Shown: piece by piece, positions 27,591 through 37,880 of the stretch
Numbering within the stretch: position 1 is the first letter of the stretch
How the letters are laid out: each line of letters starts with the position of its first letter
Source of the DNA: Candidatus Euphemobacter frigidus
GTDB taxonomy: Bacteria; Auribacterota; Erginobacteria; Erginobacterales; Erginobacteraceae
DNA: 64,000 bases
Assembly: GCA_030765805.1 (NCBI GenBank)
Contig: JAVCDH010000084.1
Span: 3,961-67,960 of the forward strand
Direction: 5' to 3'
Program-made: the position numbers and the translations under genes
Notes under the pieces: generated by a model
Databases searched by the model: none
The model's input: the letters and a program-made list of their open reading frames with translations, nothing else
Told to the model about the DNA's origin: nothing

Positions 27591-28553
27591 ATGAGTGATT
27601 TTACGCGGCCAACCATTATGTTGAAAGATTCATTCGACAGAACAATCGACTACCTAAGAGTATCCCTTACCGACCGATGCAACCTGAGGTGCAGGTACTG
27701 CATGCCGGAGGAAGGAGTAGAAAAATTCCAACATCAGGATATCCTGAGTTTTGAAGAGATCAACCGGGTAATAAAAATTACCCGGGAGCTGGGAATCTCC
27801 AAGTTCAGGTTCACCGGCGGCGAACCCTTCTTAAGGAAAGGGGCTCTGGAATTCTTTGAAGAACTCACAATCCGGGACATTTACATCACTAGCAATCTGG
27901 CCATAGAAGGTCTCGACGTGGAAAGAATCAATCAGCTGAAATTAGGAGGGCTAAATGTAAGTTGCGATTCACTTGAACCCGCGAGATACCATCGGATAAC
28001 CCGGTGGGGCGATCTGAACGTCTTTATAAAAAACATCAAACGGGTTAAGATCGACAACCTGAAGATAAATGTCGTCGTAATCAAGGATTTCAACGAAGAT
28101 GAGATCGTCGATTTTATCCGGTTCGGGGTTGCCCACCGGGCAACGATCAGGTTTATCGAGAAGATGGACTTCACCCCGGACGACATGGAATTTTCTTCCT
28201 TGCAAGTAATAAAACAGCGATTGATCGACGATCAGATCATCGGGCCCGAGAGCTACCGAATACATAATTCCGTCTCCGAGTACCATCCTTTAATCGGCGA
28301 GCAGGGAAGTGTCGGCTTCATCACCCCGATCACCAATAGCTTCTGCGCCGGCTGCAATAAGATCCGGCTTAAAGCCAACGGGGAGTTGAAACTCTGCCTC
28401 TTCGGGAAAGATAGTTACAATCTCCGGGACATATTACGGACGGAACCTGACGACGACCGGGTCAAGAGCTGGTTGACTGAAATTATCAGATACAAGCCGG
28501 CTGAACCGATTATCAAAAAAGCGGATGAAACCATGGCAGAGATAGGGGGATAG
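27591..28553 (+). CDS. moaA: GTP 3',8-cyclase MoaA (radical SAM)
   Basis: It carries the CNLRCRYC radical-SAM cluster motif and a C-terminal second-cluster region. Confidence 0.9.
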   Translation: MSDFTRPTIMLKDSFDRTIDYLRVSLTDRCNLRCRYCMPEEGVEKFQHQDILSFEEINRVIKITRELGISKFRFTGGEPFLRKGALEFFEELTIRDIYITSNLAIEGLDVERINQLKLGGLNVSCDSLEPARYHRITRWGDLNVFIKNIKRVKIDNLKINVVVIKDFNEDEIVDFIRFGVAHRATIRFIEKMDFTPDDMEFSSLQVIKQRLIDDQIIGPESYRIHNSVSEYHPLIGEQGSVGFITPITNSFCAGCNKIRLKANGELKLCLFGKDSYNLRDILRTEPDDDRVKSWLTEIIRYKPAEPIIKKADETMAEIGG

Positions 28554-28585
28554 ATAAACTCATCTCGAAAAAAGGGAGCTCATTT

Positions 28586-29080
28586 ATGAATCAAGATATT
28601 AATAACGGGGAAAAAGTATCCCATTGGTCGGAAGACGAAAAACTGAGGATGATTGATGTCTCAGATAAAAATCCTACCCGGCGAGTGGCGAAAGCAACCG
28701 GGAAGATCTTGATCAAGGATGCGACGATCTCATTGATCCGTTCCGGAGAGACTCCAAAAGGCGATATCTTTACCGTCTCCAAGATCGCGGGGATCAACGC
28801 AGTCAAGGAGACGCAATTCTTGATACCTATGTGCCACAATTTGAATATCACCCATTGTGAGATCACATTTGAAATTTTGAAGAATGCGATCAGCGTGGAG
28901 ACAACCGTTAAGACACATAACCGGACCGGAGTCGAGATGGAAGCACTGGTCGGCACCGCCATGGCGTTGTTAACGATCTACGATATGCTGAAACCGGTCG
29001 ATAAGACCATGGTCATCTCTGATCTTGAGTTGATTGAAAAATCCGGGGGTAAAAGCGGTGACTGGAAAAAATCAAGTTAA
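28586..29080 (+). CDS. moaC: Cyclic pyranopterin monophosphate synthase MoaC
   Basis: The 164 aa protein follows moaA and is MoaC-like throughout. Confidence 0.85.
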   Translation: MNQDINNGEKVSHWSEDEKLRMIDVSDKNPTRRVAKATGKILIKDATISLIRSGETPKGDIFTVSKIAGINAVKETQFLIPMCHNLNITHCEITFEILKNAISVETTVKTHNRTGVEMEALVGTAMALLTIYDMLKPVDKTMVISDLELIEKSGGKSGDWKKSS

Positions 29081-29552
29081 GACCGCCGTCCTCACCATCT
29101 CCACCAGTTGTTTCAGGGATGAGAGAAAGAATCTGAGCGGGCCGGTATTGGAAGATCTCTGCCGAGAGGCCGGATTCGACGTGGTGGGAAGAGGGATCGT
29201 TCCCGACAACGCCGAGATGATCAGGGAAAAGCTGTTGTTCTTCTGCGACAACCAGCGAGTGGATATCGTCCTGACGACCGGGGGCACCGGTCCCGGACCT
29301 TATGATATAACTCCGGAAGCGACCGCCGATATCTGTGAGCGGTTACTCCCCGGAATCTCTGAGTTAGTGCGGGCTGAAGGAGGCAAGAAAACCAGGCGGG
29401 CTTACCTTTCCCGGGGTGTCTCCGGGATCCGGGGTAGGACCCTGATTATCAATCTGCCCGGATCTCCCGGCGCGGTCCGGGAATCGATGGCGGCGATCGG
29501 GGAGATTATCCCCCACGCTCTGGATATGATCGCCGGGGGAGGGCATGATTAG
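29058..29552 (+). CDS. mogA: Molybdopterin adenylyltransferase MogA/MoaB-like
   Basis: It contains the GGTG motif (TTGGTGPGPYD). The GTG at 29058 with an upstream GGGGGT is the likely start; the ORF track starts at ATG 29034. It overlaps the moaC 3' end. Confidence 0.75.
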   Translation: MTGKNQVKTAVLTISTSCFRDERKNLSGPVLEDLCREAGFDVVGRGIVPDNAEMIREKLLFFCDNQRVDIVLTTGGTGPGPYDITPEATADICERLLPGISELVRAEGGKKTRRAYLSRGVSGIRGRTLIINLPGSPGAVRESMAAIGEIIPHALDMIAGGGHD

Positions 29553-30398
29553 CTATTTCTGACAATGGGGACAGAAATGGGCGGTCCGGCCGCCCAGCTT
29601 GACGGTCTCGATGATCGCCCCGCAACGCGGGCATCGCTCCCCTTTTCGCTGGTAGACGTTGAGCCGGGCCTGGAATCTCCCCGGCTCCCCCTTACTGTCG
29701 ACATACCGGCGGTCGGCGGCAGTGGTACCATGGAGGTTAATAGCTTCCCTCAGAACCTCCCGGATACCCTGAAAGAGCCTCTCGATCTCCCTCCCGGTCA
29801 AGCCGGAGCTTCTTCTCCGAGGATGAATCCCGGCCCGGAAGAGCGCTTCATCAGTATAGATGTTCCCCAGCCCAGCCACAATCTTCTGGTCAAGGAGAAC
29901 CGTCTTGATCACCGAGCGGCTTTTCTTCAGGCTCCGCCCCAGGACCTCCGGGGTAAAGCTCTTCAGCAGGGGTTCGGGCCCCAATGAGAACGGGTCAATC
30001 GTGGTATGGCCTTCTTTCTTCGAAAAGAGATAGACTTCACCGAACTTGCGCGGATCGATGAGACAGAGTCGTCCCGCGGCGGCGATCTTCAAGATTAAGC
30101 GGGTGTAAGGCGGGGCAACGCTTCGGTCCGGGAGAAGAAGGAGCTGGCCGCTCATTCCCAGGTGGATAATCAGGATCTCATTCGTATCCAGGTGGAGAAG
30201 GAGGTACTTGGCGCGTCTTTTCAGCGTAATGATTCTCCGGCCGGTCAACTTCCGAATAAAACTTCGTTTCGATGGATAACGCCGGAGAAGACGACTCCCT
30301 CTCGAATCGTCAGGGATAATGACACGACGAATTACTTTCCCCCGGAGCCGGGGTAGCAATCCTCTCTTTATGGTCTCGACTTCAGGTAACTCAGGCAT
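29553..30398 (-). CDS. mutM: Formamidopyrimidine-DNA glycosylase (Fpg/MutM)
   Basis: It has the catalytic N-terminus MPELPEVE and a C-terminal zinc finger (CPRCG...CPHC). The ORF track begins at an upstream TTG. Confidence 0.9.
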   Translation of the reverse strand: MPELPEVETIKRGLLPRLRGKVIRRVIIPDDSRGSRLLRRYPSKRSFIRKLTGRRIITLKRRAKYLLLHLDTNEILIIHLGMSGQLLLLPDRSVAPPYTRLILKIAAAGRLCLIDPRKFGEVYLFSKKEGHTTIDPFSLGPEPLLKSFTPEVLGRSLKKSRSVIKTVLLDQKIVAGLGNIYTDEALFRAGIHPRRRSSGLTGREIERLFQGIREVLREAINLHGTTAADRRYVDSKGEPGRFQARLNVYQRKGERCPRCGAIIETVKLGGRTAHFCPHCQK

Positions 30399-30399
30399 C

Positions 30400-31764
30400 T
30401 TATGGAAGTGATCTTTCAATCAGCTCGGCCTGCTGGAAGCTGTTGCGGGCACTCTCCCAATCACCAAGATTCTTATAGGCGTGACCCAGGACCCGGTATC
30501 CGTTGATCTTATCCCTGACGAATTTTTCGGGCGTTCGCGAAAGACCGAGGTTTAGCATCTCAATAGCCCGAAGCGGATAGCCGTTGAAGATCTCGACCTC
30601 AGCCCGGGCAATCAGGACGCGGGAGTTGTTGGGGAACATCCGGGAAAGCTTCTCCAGCACCCGGGCGGCGGTGGTTATCTCATGCTGCTCGATCTTCGCT
30701 TCCGCCAGCTCGATGAAGGCCTGGTAAGCATCGGGAGCGTTGTGGAGGGAATCTGACAACAATCGGCATAATGAGGCATCTTCCCGGCTCCCCCCACGCT
30801 CCAGGGTAGCCCCCAGGAGACGATATCCGCGCTCCAGTTCCCAACGATAATAATAAGCGGTACCCCGGATCCCTGAACGGAGGGCTTCTTCCGCGGCAGC
30901 GAGGGCCCCCCGGTGGAGGGCGATCTCACCCCGAGCTAACGCGGCCCGGGAGTTGTGAGAATAAAGCTTCTCGAGCCTGGCCAGAATCCTCTTCGCCTTT
31001 TCCAGGTTGTCTTCTTCAATCGAGAACTCGCAGAGATTGATCAAGGCGGCGAAAGAGTTTGGTTTCTCAGTCAGGATGAGATCGATCTGGTGCTCGGCTC
31101 GGCGGTATTTCTTCTGGCGGGCATAGGCCAGAGCCAAGTTCAAGCGGAGATCATGATCTCCTTCTCCCAGAGTGAAGGCCTTCTCCAGCCAGCGGGCGGC
31201 TTGATTGAAGTTGTCGGCTTTGAAATAAAACCGTCCCAGATCCCTGCTGCGGTGATAGGTAACTCCGTATCTCTTAACCAACTTTTTCAGAGCTTTGATG
31301 GTCCCCGGGACGTCCATTGCTTCCTTGCCGACAAAGACGATTCTCTCCAGGCTCTTCTCTTTGAGAGGATCATCCTCATTGACCCGGTGATACATATTGA
31401 CCGCCTTAACCGGCCGGCCCGAACGGACGTAATGCCGTTCCAGTTTTTCATAGGCCAGAAAACTCTCCGGGAAGAGATTCTTGACCTGGCGCCATGTCTT
31501 GGCCGCCGCACCGGAAAAGCCTCCCGCCTGTTGAGCCCGGGCCAGATTTTCCAGAAGGCCCTGATCTTCAGGGAGCTTTTCGAGGCCGACTCGAAGCACT
31601 CGAGCAGCCGGACGATAATATTCCATCCCGATCAGAATCCGGGCGATCTGTTTATAGGCCGACGCACGGCGTGGTTCCTTCCGGAGATCGGCACGGAGTT
31701 TTGCGATTGCGGGAGTTACCGCCTTTTTCGGTAAACGCAGACTATTCATCATAAGCTCCTTCAT
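30400..31764 (-). CDS. Tetratricopeptide repeat protein
   Basis: Multiple TPR-like helical repeats are present. The gene ends 2 nt before fpg. Confidence 0.65.
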   Translation of the reverse strand: MKELMMNSLRLPKKAVTPAIAKLRADLRKEPRRASAYKQIARILIGMEYYRPAARVLRVGLEKLPEDQGLLENLARAQQAGGFSGAAAKTWRQVKNLFPESFLAYEKLERHYVRSGRPVKAVNMYHRVNEDDPLKEKSLERIVFVGKEAMDVPGTIKALKKLVKRYGVTYHRSRDLGRFYFKADNFNQAARWLEKAFTLGEGDHDLRLNLALAYARQKKYRRAEHQIDLILTEKPNSFAALINLCEFSIEEDNLEKAKRILARLEKLYSHNSRAALARGEIALHRGALAAAEEALRSGIRGTAYYYRWELERGYRLLGATLERGGSREDASLCRLLSDSLHNAPDAYQAFIELAEAKIEQHEITTAARVLEKLSRMFPNNSRVLIARAEVEIFNGYPLRAIEMLNLGLSRTPEKFVRDKINGYRVLGHAYKNLGDWESARNSFQQAELIERSLP

Positions 31765-33080
31765 TCCTGACTGGACGCGAGATCTTGGGCCTGGCTAAGA
31801 AACCGACGTGATTCTTCCTCCATCCCCTTCTCTTCATGCAGCTCGGCCATCAGCTCCAGACCCCGGATCTTGTCTTTGAGGTAACGGGGATTACTCTCCC
31901 GGCTGGCCCGTGCGGCGAAGGAGATGGCTTCGTCGATCATGCCCCGGATCCGAGCGATCTCCGCTTTCTTAACATAGGCCAGCGAGTTCATCGGGAAGCG
32001 AGCCAGCAGGCCATCCGCAACTTTTCCCGCCATCTCCAGATCACCGGATTCAATCATCTCATCGACCACCTCGATCGTAATCTTGAAGAAATCACCGCCG
32101 CCTTTAATCCTCTCGGCCATTAGATTATGATAACCAGCTTCCCGGGGATTTCCGATAGCCGAACAAGCACCGGCCAAGACCAGATGACCGAGGCTCAGTT
32201 CGTCAGTATAGTAAAACGGTGTGGAGGATGCGCCTTCACGGCACAGGGAGAGAGCTTCTTCGGGGTGTCCCTCCAGGAGCAGGATCCGAGCCCGGTTGAT
32301 TTTGACCCGGGAGTTTCCGGGAAAGCGGGCGTCAATCTTCTTTAAATGCTTTTCGGCTTCCGAGAAACGCCCGTCTTCGATATCCATCTCAGCCAGGTTG
32401 ATGTGCGAACCATACCACCCGGGCCGGTAACTCAAAATATCATCGAAGCGACGGCGAGCCTTCTTCCGCAAGCCGGCCTTCCGCTTGGATACTCCGATCA
32501 GCAGGGCAAGATCGGGATTCTGGGGCTTAAATTTCAGCGCCTTCTTATAATTAACAATGGCTTGCTTGAGATTGCCGGATTTCTCATAGAGTCGTCCCAA
32601 ATCCTTGAATCGCGAATAATCGGAGCCGAACTTTTCGATCAGCAGTCTCAGATAGTGACGAGCCGCTTTGAAATTGCCGAGGTCGCTCTCCAGCCGGACC
32701 AGGCGCTTTAAAGCCCGCTCCCGCTGGGGGTTCCCTTTCTCCACCCCTCTCAAAACTTTGATCATCTCTTTCTTCCGGCCCAGTCTGCGATAGATACGTT
32801 CCAGGCGTTCGTAGAGGACGGGTGTTTCCGGGTATTCCCGGATCAGCTTGTGGTACTCCCGGATCGCCCGTTGGGTGTCACCCGCATTCTCATGGAGCCG
32901 GGCGATCTGTTTTTTAATCTCTTTTGCTTCTTGAAATTGCTCGGGGGGTATTCTCTTCAAAGCCATCCTGAGAACCGCAATAACTTCACTATAACGATGC
33001 CGCTTATCGAGGAGACGCGCCAGCTTTCGATACCGGGAGATCCGGTCAGGATCTTCTGAGATATCTTTCCAGAGGCGCAT
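31761..33080 (-). CDS. Tetratricopeptide repeat protein (paralog of the downstream TPR gene)
   Basis: It shows TPR repeats. Start is likely the ATG at 33080 with GGGGAAGAG upstream. The ORF track extension to 33233 runs through the DnaA-box cluster and is unlikely to be coding. Confidence 0.6.
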   Translation of the reverse strand: MRLWKDISEDPDRISRYRKLARLLDKRHRYSEVIAVLRMALKRIPPEQFQEAKEIKKQIARLHENAGDTQRAIREYHKLIREYPETPVLYERLERIYRRLGRKKEMIKVLRGVEKGNPQRERALKRLVRLESDLGNFKAARHYLRLLIEKFGSDYSRFKDLGRLYEKSGNLKQAIVNYKKALKFKPQNPDLALLIGVSKRKAGLRKKARRRFDDILSYRPGWYGSHINLAEMDIEDGRFSEAEKHLKKIDARFPGNSRVKINRARILLLEGHPEEALSLCREGASSTPFYYTDELSLGHLVLAGACSAIGNPREAGYHNLMAERIKGGGDFFKITIEVVDEMIESGDLEMAGKVADGLLARFPMNSLAYVKKAEIARIRGMIDEAISFAARASRESNPRYLKDKIRGLELMAELHEEKGMEEESRRFLSQAQDLASSQE

Positions 33081-33191
33081 CTCTTCCCCTGGTTGAAGAT
33101 TGAGGCAGGACGGTATCTTACTCATGATGATTAATGATATTAAGAAAGAAAAGGGGGATATTGTAACGAATGGCAATGAGTTGTCAACAGG

Positions 33192-33297
33192 TTTTCCACA
33201 GCTTTCCACAGTTTTTCCACAACTTATCCACAATCAAGGGGGGATTTTCCCCTTGTAGAAAGTGGGTTTCGCAGCTGGTGGATAACGGGTGGATAAT
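33192..33297. promoter_or_regulatory. Cluster of six DnaA boxes: four direct (TTTTCCACA, CTTTCCACA, TTTTCCACA, TTATCCACA) and two inverted (GTGGATAAC, GTGGATAAT)
   Basis: The motifs are read directly from the sequence and match the DnaA box consensus TTATCCACA at 8-9 of 9 positions. An AT-rich stretch lies adjacent at 33121-33180. Confidence 0.55.
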
Positions 33298-33313
33298 CTA
33301 GGAGTCTGATCGC

Positions 33314-35141
33314 TTATTCTACCGTCACGGATTTAGCCAGGTTCCTCGGCTTGTCGATGTCGCAGTTCCGCTCCCGGGCGATATAATAAGCGAAGAGCTG
33401 GAGGGGGACAGTATTGAGGATCGGCTGGATAATATCGATCGAATGGGGGACATGGATGGCATGATCGACGTGGGAGTCGATATGATCGTCGCCTTCCACG
33501 GCGATCGCCAGAACCTTCCCATCGCGGGCCTTGATCTCCTGAATGTTGTTGACCATCTTGTCATAGGTGGAGTCCCGGGGAAGAATCGCGACGGTCGGGA
33601 ACTCGGGATCGATCAGGGAGATCGGGCCGTGCTTCATCTCTCCAGCCGCGTAGCCCTCCGCGTGAAGGTAGGAGATCTCTTTCAGCTTGAGGGCCCCTTC
33701 CATGGCGATGGGAAAATTGAAGAGCCGCCCAATAAAGAGGAAATTATTGTACCGGGCATACTTCCGGGCGATCTCCTCGATCCGATCGGCCTTCTTCAGT
33801 ATCTTCCGAATCTGACCGGGGAGTTCTTTAAGGGCCCGGGTAATGAAGAGACCTTCGGTAAGAGAGAGCCGCTGGTAACGCCCGATCAACAGCGCCATCA
33901 GGGTTAATATCACGCACTGGGAGATGAAGACCTTGGTCGAGGCCACGCCGATCTCCGGACCGGCGTGATTATAGACGCCGGCGTCGGTCTCCTGGGCAAT
34001 CGTCGAGCCGACCACGTTGACCAGCCCCAGGCAGAGGGCCCCCTTCCGGCGCGCCTCCCGGACGGCGGCAACGGTGTCGGCGGTCTCCCCGGACTGAGAG
34101 ATGGCGAGAACGGCCATCTTCTCATTGAGCCGCAGGGAACCGATAACGGAACTCGGAGGCGTACTCGACCTCGACGCTGAGATCGGTCAGTTTCTCGAAT
34201 ATGTACCGGGCCAGGAGTCCGGCGTAATAGGAGGTCCCGCAGGAGATGAAGTGAATTTTTTCCATTGACTTCAGTAGGTCCAGCACCCCTTCCAGGCCGC
34301 CCAGCCGCGAAACTCCTTCTCCCTCCAGGATCCTTCCCCGAAGGGCGTTCTTTACCGTTTCGGGCTGCTCGAATATCTCCTTGAGCATGAAATGCTCAAA
34401 ACCCTTCTTGTCGGCCGCGCCCTGGTCCCACTCTATCGTCTCCGTCTCCCGGACCACCTCCCGGTCCTGGAAATCGCTGATCGAGTATTCGGCGCTGTTC
34501 AGAACGGCCAGCTCGTTGTCCTTGAGGTGGATCACCTTGTTAGTGTAGCGGATCAGCGCGTTGATATCGGAAGCGGCCAGGTATTCATTCCGGCCGATCC
34601 CCAGGATGAGCGGGGAACCCCGCCGGGCCAAAACTATCTTACCCGGTGAATCCCGATGAAAGAGGGCGATGCCGAATGTGCCCTGGACGCGGCTCAGTGC
34701 CTTCTTGACCGCCCCCTCCAAATCGCCGTCGTAGTACTCTTCGATCAGGTGGACCAGGACCTCGGTATCGGTCTGGGAGGTGAAGGTATGTCCCTTCTCT
34801 TCCAGTTCTTCCTTCAGGGAGAGATAGTTCTCGATAATACCGTTATGGACCAGGAAGATCTTATCGTTCTCATCGGTGTGGGGATGCGCGTTAGCCACAG
34901 TGGGGCGCCCGTGGGTGGCCCAGCGGGTATGGGCGATCCCCAGCTTTCCCCGGGGATGAAGCTCCCGGATTTTTTCTTCCAGGCAACTGACCTTCCCCAC
35001 TTCTTTGATCAGGCAGGTCTCGCTGCCGTCGGTAACGGCGAGACCGGCCGAATCATAGCCGCGGTATTCCAATCGCTTCAATCCTTCCAGGAGGATCGGG
35101 GTCGCTTCCTGTTTCCCGATATAACAGACGATGCCGCACAT
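33314..35141 (-). pseudogene. glmS: Glutamine--fructose-6-phosphate aminotransferase GlmS, interrupted by a single-nucleotide frameshift near 34117-34125
   Basis: The N-terminal MCGIVCY glutaminase domain (ORF 34122..35189) and the C-terminal SIS domains ending AKSVTVE (ORF 33314..34117) are in different frames. A +1 frame restores EFRYR...RLNEKMAVLAISQSGETADT. Start is the ATG at 35141 with AGGAAGG upstream. Confidence 0.8.
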
Positions 35142-35194
35142 AGTATAACCTTCCTGTTGAATTTCTTTTATTGTGAGATAATATAGCAAATAAA

Positions 35195-37066
35195 ATGACA
35201 GAGAACCACCCTTTAAAATACGACGTTGTTCTTGTCGGCGGAGGTCACGCCGGGATTGAAGCTGCCCTGGCCGCCGCCCGCCTGAACTGTTCCACTCTCC
35301 TCATCACCATCAATCTGGACCGGATCGGGAAGCTCTCCTGCAACCCGGCGATCGGGGGGCTCGGGAAAGGGCAACTGGTCAAGGAACTCGACGCCCTGGG
35401 GGGAGAGATGGCCCGCGCCGCCGATGAATGCGCCCTTCAATACCGGCGGCTGAATACTCGCAAAGGACCCGCGGTTCAGGCCACCCGGGTCCAGGTCGAT
35501 CGTCACCGGTACGGGCTCTCAATGAAGCGGCGAGTGGAAGCCACCCCCGGTCTCCACCTCCGTCAGGGCCGGGTAGAAGAGATTATTCTCCGGGATGGGC
35601 GGGTTCTAGGTGTAGAGACCGCTCTGGGCGAGTTCTTCCGCGCGGACCGTGTCATTCTCGCTCCCGGGACATTTCTGAACGGTCTGATCCACGTGGGACT
35701 CCGGCATTTCCCCGGGGGCCGGATGGGCGATCCCGAAGCCTCCGGCCTCCCCGCTTCTCTGAGAAAGCTCGGCTTCACCCTAGGGCGGTTCAAGACCGGG
35801 ACCTGCCCCCGCCTGGACGGCCGGACCATTGATCTCAGCCGCCTGGAAATCCAGGAAGGTGACGTCGAGCCGACCCCATTTTCGTTCTCTTCTCCACCCA
35901 TCACCATAAAACAGATCCCCTGTTACATTACCCGAACCAACCGGAAGACTCATGAGATTATCCGGAGCGGGCTTTCCCGTTCCCCCCTCTTCTCCGGAAT
36001 CATAAAAGGGCACGGGGTCCGTTATTGCCCGAGCATCGAGGATAAAGTCGTCAAGTTCGCAGGTAAGGATCACCACCACATCTTCCTGGAACCGGAAGGA
36101 AGGGATACCAACGAGTACTATCCCAATGGAATCTCCACCAGTCTCCCGATCGATATCCAGATTGAGATGATCCATAGCATCGAAGGGCTTTCGAGAGCCG
36201 AGATGGTCCGTCCCGGCTATGGGATCGAGCACGACTATGTCCATCCCACCCAGCTGAAGCCGACCCTGGAAAGTAAGCTGGTCGGGGGGCTCTACCTGGC
36301 CGGACAGATAAACGGAACGACCGGTTACGAGGAGGCCGCCGTCCAGGGACTGATCGCGGGGATCAACGCCGCCCGGTCCATTCGGGGGGAGGAACCCTTC
36401 CTCCTCTCCCGCGGCGAGGCATATATCGGGGTCCTCATCGACGACCTGGTAACCAAAGGGACCGATGAACCTTACCGAATCTTCACCTCCCGGGCGGAGT
36501 TCCGGCTCAGGCTTCGGGAGGATAACGCCGATCTCCGCCTCCGGGAGAGGGGATACCGCCTCGGCCTGGTAAAGAAATCGGAATGGGAAGAGACCCGGAG
36601 AAAAGAGCGCTCGATAGAGAAAGCGCTGAAGATCTTGTCCACGGTAAAGCTGAAACCAACCGCGTCGGTAAACCGGAAACTGGCCGGTGTTGCCGGCAGC
36701 CCGATTCGCAAGACAATCACCCTGAAGGAGATTCTGCGGCGGCCTGAGATCAGTTTCCGGGACCTGATCATCTTCGAACCGGTCTTAAGAGAGTTTAATC
36801 CGGAAGTAAAAAAACAGGTGGAGATCATAGTCAAGTACGAGGGTTTCCTATCACGGCAGGAAACGGATATCGCCCGGCTGAAGCACCTGGAGGAGGCGGC
36901 AATCCCTTCCAGGTTTGATTATTCTCTGGTGTCCGGGCTTAAAACTGAGGTCCGGGAGAAATTAGCCCGCTTCCAACCATTCAATCTGGGACAGGCTTCC
37001 CGGATACCGGGGATCACGCCGGCGGCAATATCAATACTGATGATTTACCTTAAAAAACACCGCTGA
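35195..37066 (+). CDS. mnmG: tRNA uridine 5-carboxymethylaminomethyl modification enzyme MnmG (GidA)
   Basis: It has an FAD-binding N-terminus [15 protein letters not shown] and the full-length 623 aa GidA architecture. Confidence 0.95.
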   Translation: MTENHPLKYDVVLVGGGHAGIEAALAAARLNCSTLLITINLDRIGKLSCNPAIGGLGKGQLVKELDALGGEMARAADECALQYRRLNTRKGPAVQATRVQVDRHRYGLSMKRRVEATPGLHLRQGRVEEIILRDGRVLGVETALGEFFRADRVILAPGTFLNGLIHVGLRHFPGGRMGDPEASGLPASLRKLGFTLGRFKTGTCPRLDGRTIDLSRLEIQEGDVEPTPFSFSSPPITIKQIPCYITRTNRKTHEIIRSGLSRSPLFSGIIKGHGVRYCPSIEDKVVKFAGKDHHHIFLEPEGRDTNEYYPNGISTSLPIDIQIEMIHSIEGLSRAEMVRPGYGIEHDYVHPTQLKPTLESKLVGGLYLAGQINGTTGYEEAAVQGLIAGINAARSIRGEEPFLLSRGEAYIGVLIDDLVTKGTDEPYRIFTSRAEFRLRLREDNADLRLRERGYRLGLVKKSEWEETRRKERSIEKALKILSTVKLKPTASVNRKLAGVAGSPIRKTITLKEILRRPEISFRDLIIFEPVLREFNPEVKKQVEIIVKYEGFLSRQETDIARLKHLEEAAIPSRFDYSLVSGLKTEVREKLARFQPFNLGQASRIPGITPAAISILMIYLKKHR

Positions 37067-37086
37067 GGTGGTATCATCTCCCTGAG

Positions 37087-37776
37087 ATGACACTCGGAGA
37101 ATCACACTACCAGGAGCTCAAAGGTCACGCGTTCGAACTGGGTTTCTCCCTCTTCGGCGTAGCCGAGCTTCCGGATTTGGAAGAACTGGCCTTCGATCTA
37201 TCTCCCGGCACCGTCCGGAACCTGACAACCGGGATAGCGCTGGCCGTTCGCCTCTCCAACGCGGTGCTGGAAGATATCACGGACCACCCCACCCGGCTCT
37301 ACCTCCACCACTACCGCCAGGCCAACTACTTCCTGGATCGGAATGCCTTTGAACTGGCCCGGCGGATCGAAGAGATGGGAGGACGGGCGCTGGCGATCGC
37401 CGCTTCCCAGACCATCGACTGGGTGAACCAGAGAGGACATCTTTCGCATATAGAGGTCGCCAGGCGCGCGGGCCTGGGCTGGATCGGGAGAAATAACCTC
37501 CTGGTCACCCCCAAGTGGGGCGCCCGGGTCCGGCTGGTGACGATTCTGACCGACCTCTCGCTCCCTCCCGGCTCCCCCCTGGCCCGGGATTGTGGAGACT
37601 GCCGGAAGTGTCTCCCGGTCTGCCCGGCCCAGGCCATATCTGAAGAGCCGGGAAAGTTCAACCACCGAAAATGCTTTGAGCAGCTCAGTTTCTTCAAAAA
37701 GAAACTGAATCTCGGCCACCACATCTGCGGGGTCTGCGTCAAGGCCTGCTATCCAGACAGTAGCAATGGGATTTAG
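37087..37776 (+). CDS. 4Fe-4S cluster protein, short QueG-like (epoxyqueuosine reductase family, DUF1730 + Fer4)
   Basis: It contains GWIGRNNLLVTPKWG followed by CxxCxxCxxxCP. At 229 aa it is shorter than canonical QueG. Confidence 0.45.
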   Translation: MTLGESHYQELKGHAFELGFSLFGVAELPDLEELAFDLSPGTVRNLTTGIALAVRLSNAVLEDITDHPTRLYLHHYRQANYFLDRNAFELARRIEEMGGRALAIAASQTIDWVNQRGHLSHIEVARRAGLGWIGRNNLLVTPKWGARVRLVTILTDLSLPPGSPLARDCGDCRKCLPVCPAQAISEEPGKFNHRKCFEQLSFFKKKLNLGHHICGVCVKACYPDSSNGI

Positions 37777-37880
37777 ACGGAATTAACAGGATATACAGGA
37801 TATTATTTTCCCCTAAAGATAAGAAACAGAGTGCCGAATATTTAACTTGTAAATCCTGTTCATCCTGTCAAAAGATTTAT

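Noticed and set aside
30399-30419. TTG-initiated N-terminal extensions of fpg (MKDHFHK), and similar extensions of glmS and others in the ORF track
   Set aside because: Fpg requires Pro2 as its catalytic nucleophile after Met removal, so the start is MPELPEVE. The ORF track evidently reports the longest ORF using TTG/GTG starts.
33081-33233. N-terminal extension of the TPR ORF through the DnaA boxes
   Set aside because: The translation MWISCGKTVESCGKPV... is just the reverse complement of repeated TGTGGAAA motifs. Internal ATGs with Shine-Dalgarno sequences and N-terminal similarity to the paralog support a start at 33080 or 33125.
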